Assembly (NCBI GenBank): GCA_963663545.1
Contig: OY760505.1
Location: 2,368,001-2,432,000 of the forward strand
Source: Candidatus Delongbacteria bacterium
GTDB taxonomy: Bacteria; CAIWAD01
Reading direction: 5' to 3'
Length of the DNA: 64,000 nucleotides
Position numbers and translations under genes: made by a program. Each line of letters begins with the position of its first letter. The stretch's first letter is position 1. The notes under the pieces are model-generated. The model saw only the letters and a list, made by a program, of their open reading frames with translations, did not search any database and was not told where the DNA came from. Positions 37,014-47,400 of this stretch are shown here, piece after piece.

Positions 37014-39560
37014 TTACAGCATCATCTTCATTGTAATACTCCAGCAGCGTCCAGCAGCCGGATAGAGTGCTCGCTGAGGTTCGTATAGCCAGTCGCCATT
37101 GCTGTCGACCCAGTCGTTCCAGTAGCCGTTTGTCTCATACTCTTTGTTGAGCAGATTGCTGACGTGAAGGTGCAGGCTGAGATCCTGATGCAACCACTGC
37201 TGAAGATGTAGGCTAGCTTCCAGGCTCAGTGTTGCATAGGCGGCAATGGTTTTGGGGAGCAACAGATGGCCATTCGCATCCAGATAGGCGGGATCAATGC
37301 TGTCAAGTGGAATGGGTGAGAAGTCGTCGTCATTGCTATTGTCCAGATATTGCTTGCCAACAAACTGCACACCGGGTCGCAACTGCAGCCAGGGAGTAGG
37401 CTGCCAGTTCACCCAGCCGTTCAGTACAAGGTCCGGCGTCAGTGCGATAGGGTTGCCCGAAAAATCCCGTGATACAGTGGTTTCATTCCATTCGGCATCG
37501 TAGGCGCTATCATATACGGTTAGTTCGTCAATCTTGTTACTGCTAAGCGCTGCATTGCCGCCCATGCGAAGCGAATTGTGCACTTGCGCTTCGGCCTCCA
37601 GTTCAATTCCCGCGTGGTGAGAGCGCGGAGCATTTCCTTTCACTGGGCTTTCTTCGTCAAGGCCGCCGAAATTGACGATTTCATCATGCATGTCCATGTA
37701 GTACAAGTTTGCGCTGCAGTAGAGGTCTCGGGTGCGATATCCGATGCCCCATTCCAGATCCAACATGCGCTCCGGTTTGATCAGTGGATCGCTCCATTCT
37801 ACAACCCCGTCTGTGCGCAGTGTCGCGGAGCGGAACATGGGTGTCACATGAAGATCGTCTGGGCCTTCCCAGGCATTCCAGTATTCGCTGCGACTTGGCT
37901 CTCGCCACGTGAGTCCGATACTCGCATACGTACGTAGATTCGGGCTCAGCTCCCAGCACGCTCCCAGGGCTGGGTTGAGGAAGGCGTTATCATCCACGAA
38001 GGCGTTGCGTGTACCATTTGCCGCGCTGAAGGAACCCTCCTCGAGCTGCTCCAGGCTGTAGCGTGACCAGACGCCTGTCAGGCGCAGGCTTAAGTGCAGA
38101 TCATTCCGCGGTGATACAGATGCCAACGCAAAGGCACTGAGGCGTTGTTTCTCTGTCTCGTGTGTGTAATAGCGAGTTCCGGGAATCCAGCCCTCAGGCG
38201 TGATACTGGCCCATGTGACTTCGCCCCAGTGCTCGGCAGAGTAAGTATACGCGGACAGCCCAGACGACAGTTTTACAATGTGCCTAGTATAGTCCATTCG
38301 CAGATTCATGCCTGTCTGCTTCTTGGGTATCCATCGGCGGTTGACTAGATCAACTTCCGGCGCCTCTTCGCCCGCCTCGACGGGGAAGAGTAGGCCGTAA
38401 TCGGCTGCGTCACGCCCACTCTTGTAGGTTTCGTAATAGCCATCTCCACTTACGTGATACACAGTCAGTGTACTGCGGAGGCTTTCATTCAGCGTTTGCT
38501 CCCACAACAACTGATAATGCTGCTGGTTGAAGTCGTCTACGCTATTGGCATAGCTTGCATCGTTATTCTGTTGCCTATCCTGCAGTTCTCCGTTCAGGCC
38601 GAATAGAACGCTTTCATCAATCCCATCCCAGGCCGTGTGAGTCAGCTCGTGACCGTTCATGTGTGTGATACGTATTACGCCACCAGGCAGAATACGCTGT
38701 GCGGATGCGTAGTAGCTCCACATCTCTACGCCTGTGCGATCACGATAACCCGCGGTTTCAAGTGTGCTGAAGCGTGCGTCCATCAGCCAGTCGCCGGTAA
38801 AACCACTGGCCAGGCCCAGATTGTAGCGACGCGTGTCCAGACTTCCTCGTGTGATACTCGCGTTCAGGTGCGGTGTAGGACTCAGGCCAGTAACCAGATT
38901 AACGCTTCCTCCGATGTTGCTGCTGCCGAGAAGGCCTGATCCCGTGCCACGTTGGATTTCAATGTCGTGCAGACTTGAGCCCAGATCAGGGACATCAACC
39001 CAGTAGACGTAGTGGTCTTCCGGATCATTCAGCGGTACTCCGTTGATGAGGACTTCAATGCGCTTCTGATCAAAACCGCGCAGACGAATCTCATTGTAGC
39101 CGATTTCACTACCGGAGTAGGATGTCGTCACCAGTCCCGGTGTCCCTTCCAGTAGCTGCGCAACGTCCTGTCCGTGATCCATTTCAGTGAGGCGATCGTG
39201 TGATACTGTGCTATAGGTCACTGCACTGGTTGCATCAGCGCGACCTGTCACAACAGTGAGGGGTGCGGCAGCGTAGACGCTCTCTTCCAGCTGGATTGTC
39301 TGCTCCGAACTGCCTGTCTGCAGGGTGATACGTTGCTGCTTGTAACCAAGATGGCTTACCTGTAACACAACATCGCCTTCCGGCAGATTCCGGATCACAA
39401 AACTGCCATCATCTGCGGTAGCTGCTCCTGCGCTGCTGCCTGCGATTTGCAGGTTTGCATCAGGCACAGGATTTCCTTCAACATTGAGCACACGCCCCCG
39501 TAAATCGGCAGCGCTCAGGCATAGTGGTAGCAGTGTTGCCAATACCAGATAGCGAAACAT
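37014..39560 (-). CDS. TonB-dependent receptor, probably thiamine (precursor) uptake
   Basis: Signal peptide, CarboxypepD-like N-domain, plug IRLRGFDQKRIEVLINGVPLNDPEDH..YWVD, QRG.G..GGSVN, NLLNKEY. ATG 39560 after GAAAGGAAGG. TPP riboswitch directly upstream. Confidence 0.9.
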   Translation of the reverse strand: MFRYLVLATLLPLCLSAADLRGRVLNVEGNPVPDANLQIAGSSAGAATADDGSFVIRNLPEGDVVLQVSHLGYKQQRITLQTGSSEQTIQLEESVYAAAPLTVVTGRADATSAVTYSTVSHDRLTEMDHGQDVAQLLEGTPGLVTTSYSGSEIGYNEIRLRGFDQKRIEVLINGVPLNDPEDHYVYWVDVPDLGSSLHDIEIQRGTGSGLLGSSNIGGSVNLVTGLSPTPHLNASITRGSLDTRRYNLGLASGFTGDWLMDARFSTLETAGYRDRTGVEMWSYYASAQRILPGGVIRITHMNGHELTHTAWDGIDESVLFGLNGELQDRQQNNDASYANSVDDFNQQHYQLLWEQTLNESLRSTLTVYHVSGDGYYETYKSGRDAADYGLLFPVEAGEEAPEVDLVNRRWIPKKQTGMNLRMDYTRHIVKLSSGLSAYTYSAEHWGEVTWASITPEGWIPGTRYYTHETEKQRLSAFALASVSPRNDLHLSLRLTGVWSRYSLEQLEEGSFSAANGTRNAFVDDNAFLNPALGACWELSPNLRTYASIGLTWREPSRSEYWNAWEGPDDLHVTPMFRSATLRTDGVVEWSDPLIKPERMLDLEWGIGYRTRDLYCSANLYYMDMHDEIVNFGGLDEESPVKGNAPRSHHAGIELEAEAQVHNSLRMGGNAALSSNKIDELTVYDSAYDAEWNETTVSRDFSGNPIALTPDLVLNGWVNWQPTPWLQLRPGVQFVGKQYLDNSNDDDFSPIPLDSIDPAYLDANGHLLLPKTIAAYATLSLEASLHLQQWLHQDLSLHLHVSNLLNKEYETNGYWNDWVDSNGDWLYEPQRALYPAAGRCWSITMKMML

Positions 39561-39621
39561 AGTCCTTCCTTTCACTTGAAAGAAAGGCACTGCAAGACTG
39601 TGGATGAGTGTGGAATACACA

Positions 39622-39695
39622 TTGTTCCCTGCGCCAGCATTATCCGGATCAGGTTCGAGGGTTTCATCTCAGCCTGTTACAGCACCCCTACAACG
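39622..39695 (-). ncRNA. TPP riboswitch (THI element)
   Basis: The minus strand reads taGGGGTGCtgtaacaggCTGAGAtgaaACCCtcGAACCTGATCCGGATAATGCtGGCGcAGGGAac, containing the canonical THI-box motifs. Confidence 0.95.
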
Positions 39696-39746
39696 ATTTC
39701 AATGGGCGATGGTTTTGCCCGGGGACAAGCTAGCAATTGCGGAGAA

Positions 39747-40295
39747 TCATCTTGCCAGCAGACGATTGCGCACTTCGGCAAAGGAAGGTGCGGCCGCATC
39801 TTTCACCGATAGTTGCGGAGTTTCTACCGGCCATGTGATACAAAGGTCAGGGTCGGCCCAGTGTATCACACCTTCGTCTTGCGGGTTATAGTAGCGAGTG
39901 CAAAGGTACTCGAAGTCCGCAGTTTCACTTAACACACAGAAGCCATGAGCAAATCCCTCTGGAACCCAAAGAAGTGAATGATCCGCGGCGGAAAGCTCAA
40001 CACTGGTCCACGAACCGAAGCATGCTGATGTGGGACGGAGATCAACGGCAACATCGAAAACCCGACCCTGTAGCACGCGGACAAGTTTTCCTTGCGGATT
40101 GTGGTACTGAAAGTGGAGCCCGCGCAGAATCCCTTGCGTTGAGGTGCTATGATTCAGCTGGACAAATGAAGTCGGCAGACCCCTGGCGGCAAACTCACGC
40201 TGGTTCCAGGCTTCAAAAAAGAAGCCGCGCTCGTCGCCATGAACACGTGGGAATACTTGTATCACGTCGGGAATAGAAAGAGGTCGTAATTCCAT
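39747..40295 (-). CDS. rmlC: dTDP-4-dehydrorhamnose 3,5-epimerase
   Basis: DERGFFFE, FVQLNHS, LRGLHFQ, QGKLVRV..G.VFDVAVDLR, GFAHGFCVLS and SVKD. Confidence 0.95.
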   Translation of the reverse strand: MELRPLSIPDVIQVFPRVHGDERGFFFEAWNQREFAARGLPTSFVQLNHSTSTQGILRGLHFQYHNPQGKLVRVLQGRVFDVAVDLRPTSACFGSWTSVELSAADHSLLWVPEGFAHGFCVLSETADFEYLCTRYYNPQDEGVIHWADPDLCITWPVETPQLSVKDAAAPSFAEVRNRLLAR

Positions 40296-40463
40296 TGCAG
40301 TCTCCAATTGATGCATGAAGATAATACCACCGTCGCAGTGCCCGTACATGCTGGCCTTAGCAGCATCAGTTGGCGCTGGCGAGTATATTATAGCCTGTTG
40401 AGTGGGCACCAGACTTGCTGAATGGAGAACTTGCCGGTGCTCATCTGCCATGAAAGGATGTCC

Positions 40464-41663
40464 ATGTTTGCCCGCCTTCGCGAGAGTCTTTTCCCGCATG
40501 TAGTCGACCAGGATGATCAGATGCGCGTTGCGCGTCGTTTTCTGATTCTGCTTTCCATGGCCACAGCACTGGCATTTCAAGTTTGGCGAGGATCCTTCAA
40601 CAATTTTGCTGTCGAAGTAGGCGGAGTTGATGCGGATCAAATGGGACTGATTCAAGGCCTGCGCGAGGTTCCGGGTTTTCTATCAGTACTTATTGTTTAT
40701 CTCCTGCTGTTGATCAGCGAACGCAATCTGGCTCTCATCGCGACGGCGCTTATGGCTGTTGGTGTGGCGTGCGTGGGCTTCTTTCCATCCGTCCAGGGCA
40801 TCCTGTTTACTACTATCACCATGAGCCTGGGCTTTCACGCTTTCGAGACAGTCAATCAAAGCATCAGTCTTCAGCATGTTCCCAAGGACCGGCTGCCGCT
40901 CTTTTTGGGACAGATGCGTGCCTGGTCGGGCCTTGCGGGTCTGACCGGCCTCGCGCTGGTGATTCTGTTGAGCGAGCTTCTTGGATACAAGGGCAGTTTT
41001 CTACTTGGCGGCGTGGTCGTACTGGCAGCGACGATTTGGGGCGTGTTTGCCGGCGGTCAAATCAATGAACGAGTCCGTCAACATCGCCGGATGGTGTTAC
41101 GTCGCAAGTACGGCTTGTATTACCTGCTGACTTTCCTTTCCGGGGCGCGCCGACAAATCTTTGTGGCATTCGCCGTGTTTCTGCTTGTGAAGCATCATGG
41201 CTTCACCGTGCGCGAGATTTCCACTCTCTTCTTTATCAACAGTGCTTTGGTGATGTTACTGGCACCGAGTATCGGCCGCATGATTCAATTCTTTGGCGAG
41301 CGACGCGTGATACTTCTTGAGTACTCGGGGCTGATTTTTGTCTTCCTGGGCTACACAGTAGCCACGGAGAAGTGGCAACTGATCGCGTTGTACATAACCG
41401 ATCACTTCTTCTTTACCATGTCGATGGCCATTCGCACCTGGTTTCAGAAGATTGCCGATCCAGCGGACATGGCCTCCAGTGCCAGTGTCAGCATGACGAT
41501 CAACCATATCGCCGCAGTGTTCATTCCAATGCTTGGTGGTGTGTTGTGGTTGAAGGATTTTCGCCTGACCTTCTACCTGGGGGTAATCCTGGCTTGCTGC
41601 TCGCTCGTAGCGGCCTGTTTTGTCCAGGTGCCAGAGCCGGAAATGGTGGAGGATGCTGCGTGA
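40464..41663 (+). CDS. MFS transporter
   Basis: About 12 hydrophobic segments; GLREVPGFL, FLSGARRQIF and TINHIAAV. Confidence 0.85.
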   Translation: MFARLRESLFPHVVDQDDQMRVARRFLILLSMATALAFQVWRGSFNNFAVEVGGVDADQMGLIQGLREVPGFLSVLIVYLLLLISERNLALIATALMAVGVACVGFFPSVQGILFTTITMSLGFHAFETVNQSISLQHVPKDRLPLFLGQMRAWSGLAGLTGLALVILLSELLGYKGSFLLGGVVVLAATIWGVFAGGQINERVRQHRRMVLRRKYGLYYLLTFLSGARRQIFVAFAVFLLVKHHGFTVREISTLFFINSALVMLLAPSIGRMIQFFGERRVILLEYSGLIFVFLGYTVATEKWQLIALYITDHFFFTMSMAIRTWFQKIADPADMASSASVSMTINHIAAVFIPMLGGVLWLKDFRLTFYLGVILACCSLVAACFVQVPEPEMVEDAA

Positions 41664-42676
41664 TACAAGTTTTACCTGGGATTCCATCAACGGACGAATG
41701 GAAGCAGTGGCTCGCTACCAGGCAGCACACATTGTATCACACGCCTGAGTTTCTACAATTCATGCTCAAAGCCGAGTATCCGATGCACGTGTATCACGTA
41801 AGACGCGATGCGAAGCTGGCGGGATTAGCCATTGTCGTTGAGGATAGGGTGATTCCCGTTCCATTTATCGGTGCCAAAGGCTTTTGTCCTGCGGGCATCC
41901 TGGTCGAGGATGCAGAGATTCAGCAGGCGCTACTAGTAGAGCTGCAGAAGAAGCTGCGTCGGCACATGCTCTATCTGGAGATCTACGAGCCCGATACTGG
42001 TTCCGCACTGGAGTATCCTGCAAAATGGCGTAGAGATTTTCACATCAACTATGTCATCGACCTAACGCAGGGTATTGGCGAAGTGCGCAAGAACTACTCC
42101 CGGGCGATTCGACGCAATCTACGTCGCGCTGAACTGGAGCAACCGCGCTGGCGTCTTGTAACTACGGTTCAGGAACTGCGTACCGTTCACCGCTTGCTGT
42201 GTAGCACGAGCCAGCGTGTGCACGCACCTGCGCTTCCGTGGAAGCTGTTGCGCACCGTGTTCAACCAACTGGGACCACGTACTGGTTGCCGCTGTTACGT
42301 TGCCGAAGTGCCGGACGGAGTTGGGGGGTGGATTACAATCAATACACGCATTGAGCTCGTGTATGGTGATCGGGCAATTGATTGGTACACAGGAAGCGTG
42401 GAGCAATACGCTGACACACAGATTGGCACCTGGATGGTGGATCGCATTCTAGCTGATCTTGTTCGCTGCGGCGTGCGCTGTTTCGATTTTGGCGGCGCAG
42501 GACGTGAAGGAGGAGACTATGGACCGGCGGAATTCAAGCGTCGCTTTGGCGGACAGCAAATTTCCATCAGCCGCTATCAGTACCGCTTTCATCCTCATCT
42601 GCTTGCTATCGCACGCATGCTTTATCGCGTGATACGTCGTTCGGGTGGAACTGGTAATCGTGAAGTAACCACGTAG
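41660..42676 (+). CDS. FemAB-like/GNAT-family acyltransferase
   Basis: LYHTPEF, VIDLT, RRNLRRA and FDFGGAG...YG..EFKRRFGG. GTG start overlaps the MFS stop (GTGA). Confidence 0.8.
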   Translation: MIQVLPGIPSTDEWKQWLATRQHTLYHTPEFLQFMLKAEYPMHVYHVRRDAKLAGLAIVVEDRVIPVPFIGAKGFCPAGILVEDAEIQQALLVELQKKLRRHMLYLEIYEPDTGSALEYPAKWRRDFHINYVIDLTQGIGEVRKNYSRAIRRNLRRAELEQPRWRLVTTVQELRTVHRLLCSTSQRVHAPALPWKLLRTVFNQLGPRTGCRCYVAEVPDGVGGWITINTRIELVYGDRAIDWYTGSVEQYADTQIGTWMVDRILADLVRCGVRCFDFGGAGREGGDYGPAEFKRRFGGQQISISRYQYRFHPHLLAIARMLYRVIRRSGGTGNREVTT

Positions 42677-44187
42677 CGACCTTTTCCGCGACGCAGCTCT
42701 GGTGCACCTAAAATGCTTGTGTGATCCATGGCAACGTCTATCAGCGTACGACTGTTGTCCTCTTCAAGCCGATACACATTGTAGCCCTGAGCACCGGGAA
42801 CCGCCGCCCACTCCAATTGAAGCAATCCACTGGGAAGGCGTGTTACAAAAACGCGATTCATCTGCGTAGGGGTTGCCATTGAAATCGCTCGATCGAGGCG
42901 AAGCAATCCCCATCCCGTTTCCCGATCGTATCCCGGGTCACCAAGATCCAGCGCACTTTGTTGCAGAATCTGGTGGATGTCCGCCGGTTCCAGCTCAGGG
43001 AAGGTGCTGGCAAGTAACAGTGCGACGCCGCTGACATGAGCGCAGGCGGCCGAGGTTCCGTTGAAGCTCGTTGTGTAGCTGGCAATGTTGGTGCTCGCTA
43101 GGCGTACGCCAGGGGCGAGCAGGTCCAAGCCCGTACCCCAGTTGCTTCCCCATCCACTTTCGCCGTCACAGGAAGTCGCAGAAGCTCTCTCACCACAAGG
43201 ACTGCACGCGCCCACTGCAACACAAGTCTCCAGGCTGGCGGGAAACTCAATGCCTTCGGTATCCATGTTGCCAGCGGCTGCCACGGTTAGCATTCCCGAT
43301 TGTCTGCCCATTTCGATCTGTGTCACAGCGGGTTCATACACGTAGGGAAGTCCGCCCGAGTAATTGGCCACATCCGCTTCTGAAACACGTGCGAAATTCA
43401 GACCATTGGCCATTGCGCTGGCAAGGCCTTGCCCAAGAGCATTGAAGACCTTAATCGGCAGAACCTGAGTGTTCCAGCAGATGCCAGCCACACCGAGCGC
43501 GTTGTTGCCGCGCGCTGCAATGATTCCGGCTACGCGTGTACCGTGCCCGTGATCGTCGCTGGCACCTGGTTGGTTGATGATGAAGTTAAAACCAGGTAGC
43601 AAGCGGTCCTGCAATTCCCCATGTGTCGGATCAACGCCAGTATCAAGAATCGCCACCAGACCTACGCTTTCGCCGCCGACCCAATCCCAGGAAAGTGGCG
43701 CACCGATATCGATACCAATTGTGCCGACTAGAGCGCCGCTGGGAGTCACGGCCTGGCTGTGATTATCCAGTGCCCATTGTTGCGGAAACATGGTGTCATC
43801 CGGAGCAAGATTGAGGTGTGCAATCCAATCGGCGCTCACATGTTTCACCGAAGACTGCTTTGCAATCAAATCGCGTAGGGCTGCTAGATCCGCATCGGGC
43901 TGAAAGTCCACCAGCAAGAAGCTGCTTAGCTGATAGCGATCGTAATCCCGATCCCCCGAGTACCTGATGAAATGGCGTCGGATTTGTGTTGCGCCCAGAC
44001 GGGCCAGAAGCTGGTCCAGTTCAGTATCATCACAACTGCCGGTCTCTGATTGGACCGGGTGATTCAGCTGCAACATCAAGCGCCCGGCCAAACAGGGTTG
44101 GCCGTCCAGGAGTACCTGGGGCAAAGGTGAAGCCGTCAGTGTAGCAGCCAGCAGCAGCGCAAGCGGACAGAGCAGAAGTTTCAGCAC
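42622..44187 (-). CDS. S8 subtilisin-family serine peptidase with FN3-like C-terminal domain
   Basis: Triad ILDTG / HGHGTRVAG / GTSAAC and oxyanion AAGN; signal peptide. GTG 44187 after GAAGGA. 55-bp convergent overlap with the GNAT gene. Confidence 0.9.
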   Translation of the reverse strand: MLKLLLCPLALLLAATLTASPLPQVLLDGQPCLAGRLMLQLNHPVQSETGSCDDTELDQLLARLGATQIRRHFIRYSGDRDYDRYQLSSFLLVDFQPDADLAALRDLIAKQSSVKHVSADWIAHLNLAPDDTMFPQQWALDNHSQAVTPSGALVGTIGIDIGAPLSWDWVGGESVGLVAILDTGVDPTHGELQDRLLPGFNFIINQPGASDDHGHGTRVAGIIAARGNNALGVAGICWNTQVLPIKVFNALGQGLASAMANGLNFARVSEADVANYSGGLPYVYEPAVTQIEMGRQSGMLTVAAAGNMDTEGIEFPASLETCVAVGACSPCGERASATSCDGESGWGSNWGTGLDLLAPGVRLASTNIASYTTSFNGTSAACAHVSGVALLLASTFPELEPADIHQILQQSALDLGDPGYDRETGWGLLRLDRAISMATPTQMNRVFVTRLPSGLLQLEWAAVPGAQGYNVYRLEEDNSRTLIDVAMDHTSILGAPELRRGKGRYVVTSRLPVPPERRITR

Positions 44188-44271
44188 CTGATTTCCTTCA
44201 TTTCCTGGGCACGGCGAACCGGGTTCGCGCACTCCTCTCCAGGCCGCAAGAGTGTCATGTTCGTCCCGAAG

Positions 44272-44303
44272 ATGCAAATCGTCATTTGCCTCAATGCAAA
44301 TGA
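44272..44303. promoter_or_regulatory. Overlapping inverted repeats between the divergent S8 peptidase genes
   Basis: atgcaaat-cgtc-atttgc and tcatttgc-ctcaat-gcaaatga. Confidence 0.45.
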
Positions 44304-44453
44304 GTCAAAATGTACGCGAAGCGAAATTACTTGCACTTACAACGCCATTACTCCTCCTTTCTGCGGTACTCGTGAACGCCCGACCAATATTTCTATACCA
44401 GCATAACACCATTTGTGTGTGGACGTGACACACAGGTGGGGAAGGAGAAGACG

Positions 44454-47400
44454 ATGTCATTGCGTGTTCTACTGTTGTTATCCCTCACTGCAGCACTGCA
44501 GGCTTCCGCACCGCAGACGCCGCTCGAGGATTCCAGGCACGATCTTGTGCGCCTTTCGGATGGAGGCCTGTGTGCACCGGATCACGTCATTGTGCAGATG
44601 TCGCCCCTTGTGCAGGCGGATCGAAGCACAGGCGCTGTAGCCCTGGAGCAGGTGCCCGAGTTTCAACAGTTACGCTCGGTCATGGTAACTGGAATGCGTC
44701 CGCTGATCGCGCGTGATGAGGTGGACGAGTTGTCGCGTGATACAGGCACCGATCGCTACTATCTGTTGGAGACCGAGCCGACCTCGGATGTTGAATCGCT
44801 ACTGAGCGAATTGAGCGCGTTATCTTCGGTTGTTGACGCGTGGCCCGATTACAGACGCTATATAGCCCGAACCCCCACAGATAGCTACTACAGCCAGCAG
44901 TGGGCGCATCACAATACGGGGCAGGCGCGGTCATATTCCGGCAGCTATGTGGGAACCACCGACTGCGACATCGACACCGATCAGGCCTGGGATATCACGA
45001 CGGGATCGACGGATGTAATCATCGCTATCCTCGACACCGGTATTGATTCGAATCATCCCGATTTGCAGGCCAAGCTGGTTAGCGGCTATGACTTCGCAAA
45101 TGGCGATTCTAATCCCGAGGATGATGAAGGCCACGGTACGGCTTGTGCTGGTATCGCGGCTGCCATCAGCAATAACAGCACTGGTGTGGCCGGTGTTGAT
45201 TGGAATGCCAGACTGATGCCCGTCAAGGTGCTTGACAGCAGCGGCTCCGGCTGGGACTCCGATATCATTTCCGGTATCACGTGGGCGCGCACGCACGGTG
45301 CCGATGTGATCAGCATGAGCCTTGGTGCCGATGGTAGCTCCAGCAGCTATACCTCTCCCTTGTCGGCGTGCTGGAGCGCTGGCGTAATGGTGGTGGCCGC
45401 TGCCGGCAACGACAACGATGCCAATGTCGACAGCCCGGCGAACAACACATATGCTTTGGCCATTGGCGCGCTTTCGCCTTGCAACGAGCGCAAGAATCCC
45501 AGCAGCTGCGACGGCGAATACTGGTGGGGCAGCAGCTATGGAACCGGGTTGGAAGTCATGGCACCGGGAACTCGTCTACATACCACGCAGATGGGTGGCG
45601 GTTACATGAGCAACATGAACGGTACTTCCGGTGCGACACCCCACGTGGCGGGCGTGATCGGACTGATCAAGAGTGTTGCGCCTACCATGACGAGCACTGA
45701 GATTCGGCAACTGCTCCGTGATACAGCGGATGATTTGAGCACCACTGGCTGGGATAGTCAGACGGGTTATGGACGTGTCAATGCCTACCAGGCCGTTCTT
45801 GCGGTTGGTGATCCATGTGATTCGGATGTCACCGGTCCGACACTTACTCACACACCGCTTGGTAATACAAGCAATAACACCACACCCTATCTGGTTCAAG
45901 CTTTGGCCACTGATGATTGTGATATCAGCAGCGTGACACTCTACTATCAGACCAGCGTCAACCCGTCCTGGGTCAGCGCCGCGATGTCCCTGGTAGGCGG
46001 CTATTACACGAGTTCTATTCCTGCGCAGAGCTACGGCACAGTAGTCAACTACTACATCTCTGCAATTGATGATAGCCCGCAGAACAACGAGAGTACGGTT
46101 AGTGGCTATTTCTACGTCATCGATCCCTGTGCTTCGGATTACGACGGACCCCTTGTCGGCCACACGCCGCCCGCTGACACCTATCAGCAGGATGGGATTT
46201 ACACGTTGATCTTTGCTGCAGCGGATCCCTGCGGCATTAGCAGCACATGGTGCACCTACAGCTTCAATGGTGGAGCTCCGGTTTCAGTACCTACATATCC
46301 AAGTGGCAACGATTATCTGGTTGCGATCCCGGGAACGGGCGAGCCGGGCGTGGTGAGCTACACGTTCACCGCGCAGGATGCCAGTCCGAATTACAACACA
46401 ACTGCTGCCAATGGCGCTTTCCAGGTGCTGGATCCGTGTCAGATTGATACTGAAGCACCGGTCATTACCCACACTCCTCCCGCTGACACAAGCGAAGAAG
46501 CGCCCTACGCTCTCAGCTTCGAGTTTGTCGACCCGTGCGGTATTGGAAACGTCTACGGTGAGTACCATGTGGACGGTGGCGCGATGCAAGTTCTGCTGCT
46601 CGTGGATCAGGGCGATGGCACCTGGTTGGCGGAGATACCCTACTCGGGTATTGGGTTGTACGAGTATCACATCATGGTGGAGGACGCTTCGCCGCAGCAT
46701 AACCTGGCGGAGGCGGCCTACAGCTTCAATGTGTTGGATCCCTGCGCCGACGACACCGAAGCGCCGACGATCACCCACACAGCGCTTGAAGACACGTACG
46801 ATGAAGGCCCCTACGCCCTTGTATTCGAATTTGCGGATCCGTGTGACATCAGCCTCGTTACCGCTGGTTATGAGTTCGACGGTGGAACAACTGTGACACT
46901 CACGCTGACGGACCAGGGTGATGGAAGTTGGACGGGCGATATTCCGGACGAGGGAATCGGTGACTACGTGTATCACGTGTCTGTCTACGATGGCTCTCCG
47001 CAGACGAATCTGGCGGAAGCGAGCTATTCATTTGAAGTCCTGGACAGCTGCAACCTGGATGTAACACCGCCCAGCTTGTCTCACACTCCGCAAGACGATA
47101 CGTACTTGCATGGCCCCTACGAGTTGAGTTTTAGTGTGGACGATCCTTGCGGTATTTCGGCCGCTGAACTGGAGTGGCGCCTGGGCTCAGGTGAGTGGCA
47201 ATCAGCAACCTTGTCGGCTGTCAGTGGCGGATACGAGGCAGAACTTCCTTACCAGGGGGATGGTGTTGTCAGCTATGCGGCGAGTTTTGCCGACGATAGC
47301 CCGCAGCAGAATACCGTGGAGGAGCAGTGGTCGTTCGAGATTCTCTCGCCTACCGTGCCCGACCTGTTCATCACTCTGCTCGATCCCGACACCGTGCAAC

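Noticed and set aside
40296..40655. N-terminal extensions of rmlC (and of upp, pepP, GNAT and the TonB receptor) in the ORF track
   Set aside because: They overlap neighbouring genes or the riboswitch; downstream starts with an RBS or start/stop coupling match family lengths.
45809..47348. Periodic sequence considered as a CRISPR array
   Set aside because: The period is about 306 bp and similarity is at protein level within an ORF; no identical short repeats or cas genes.
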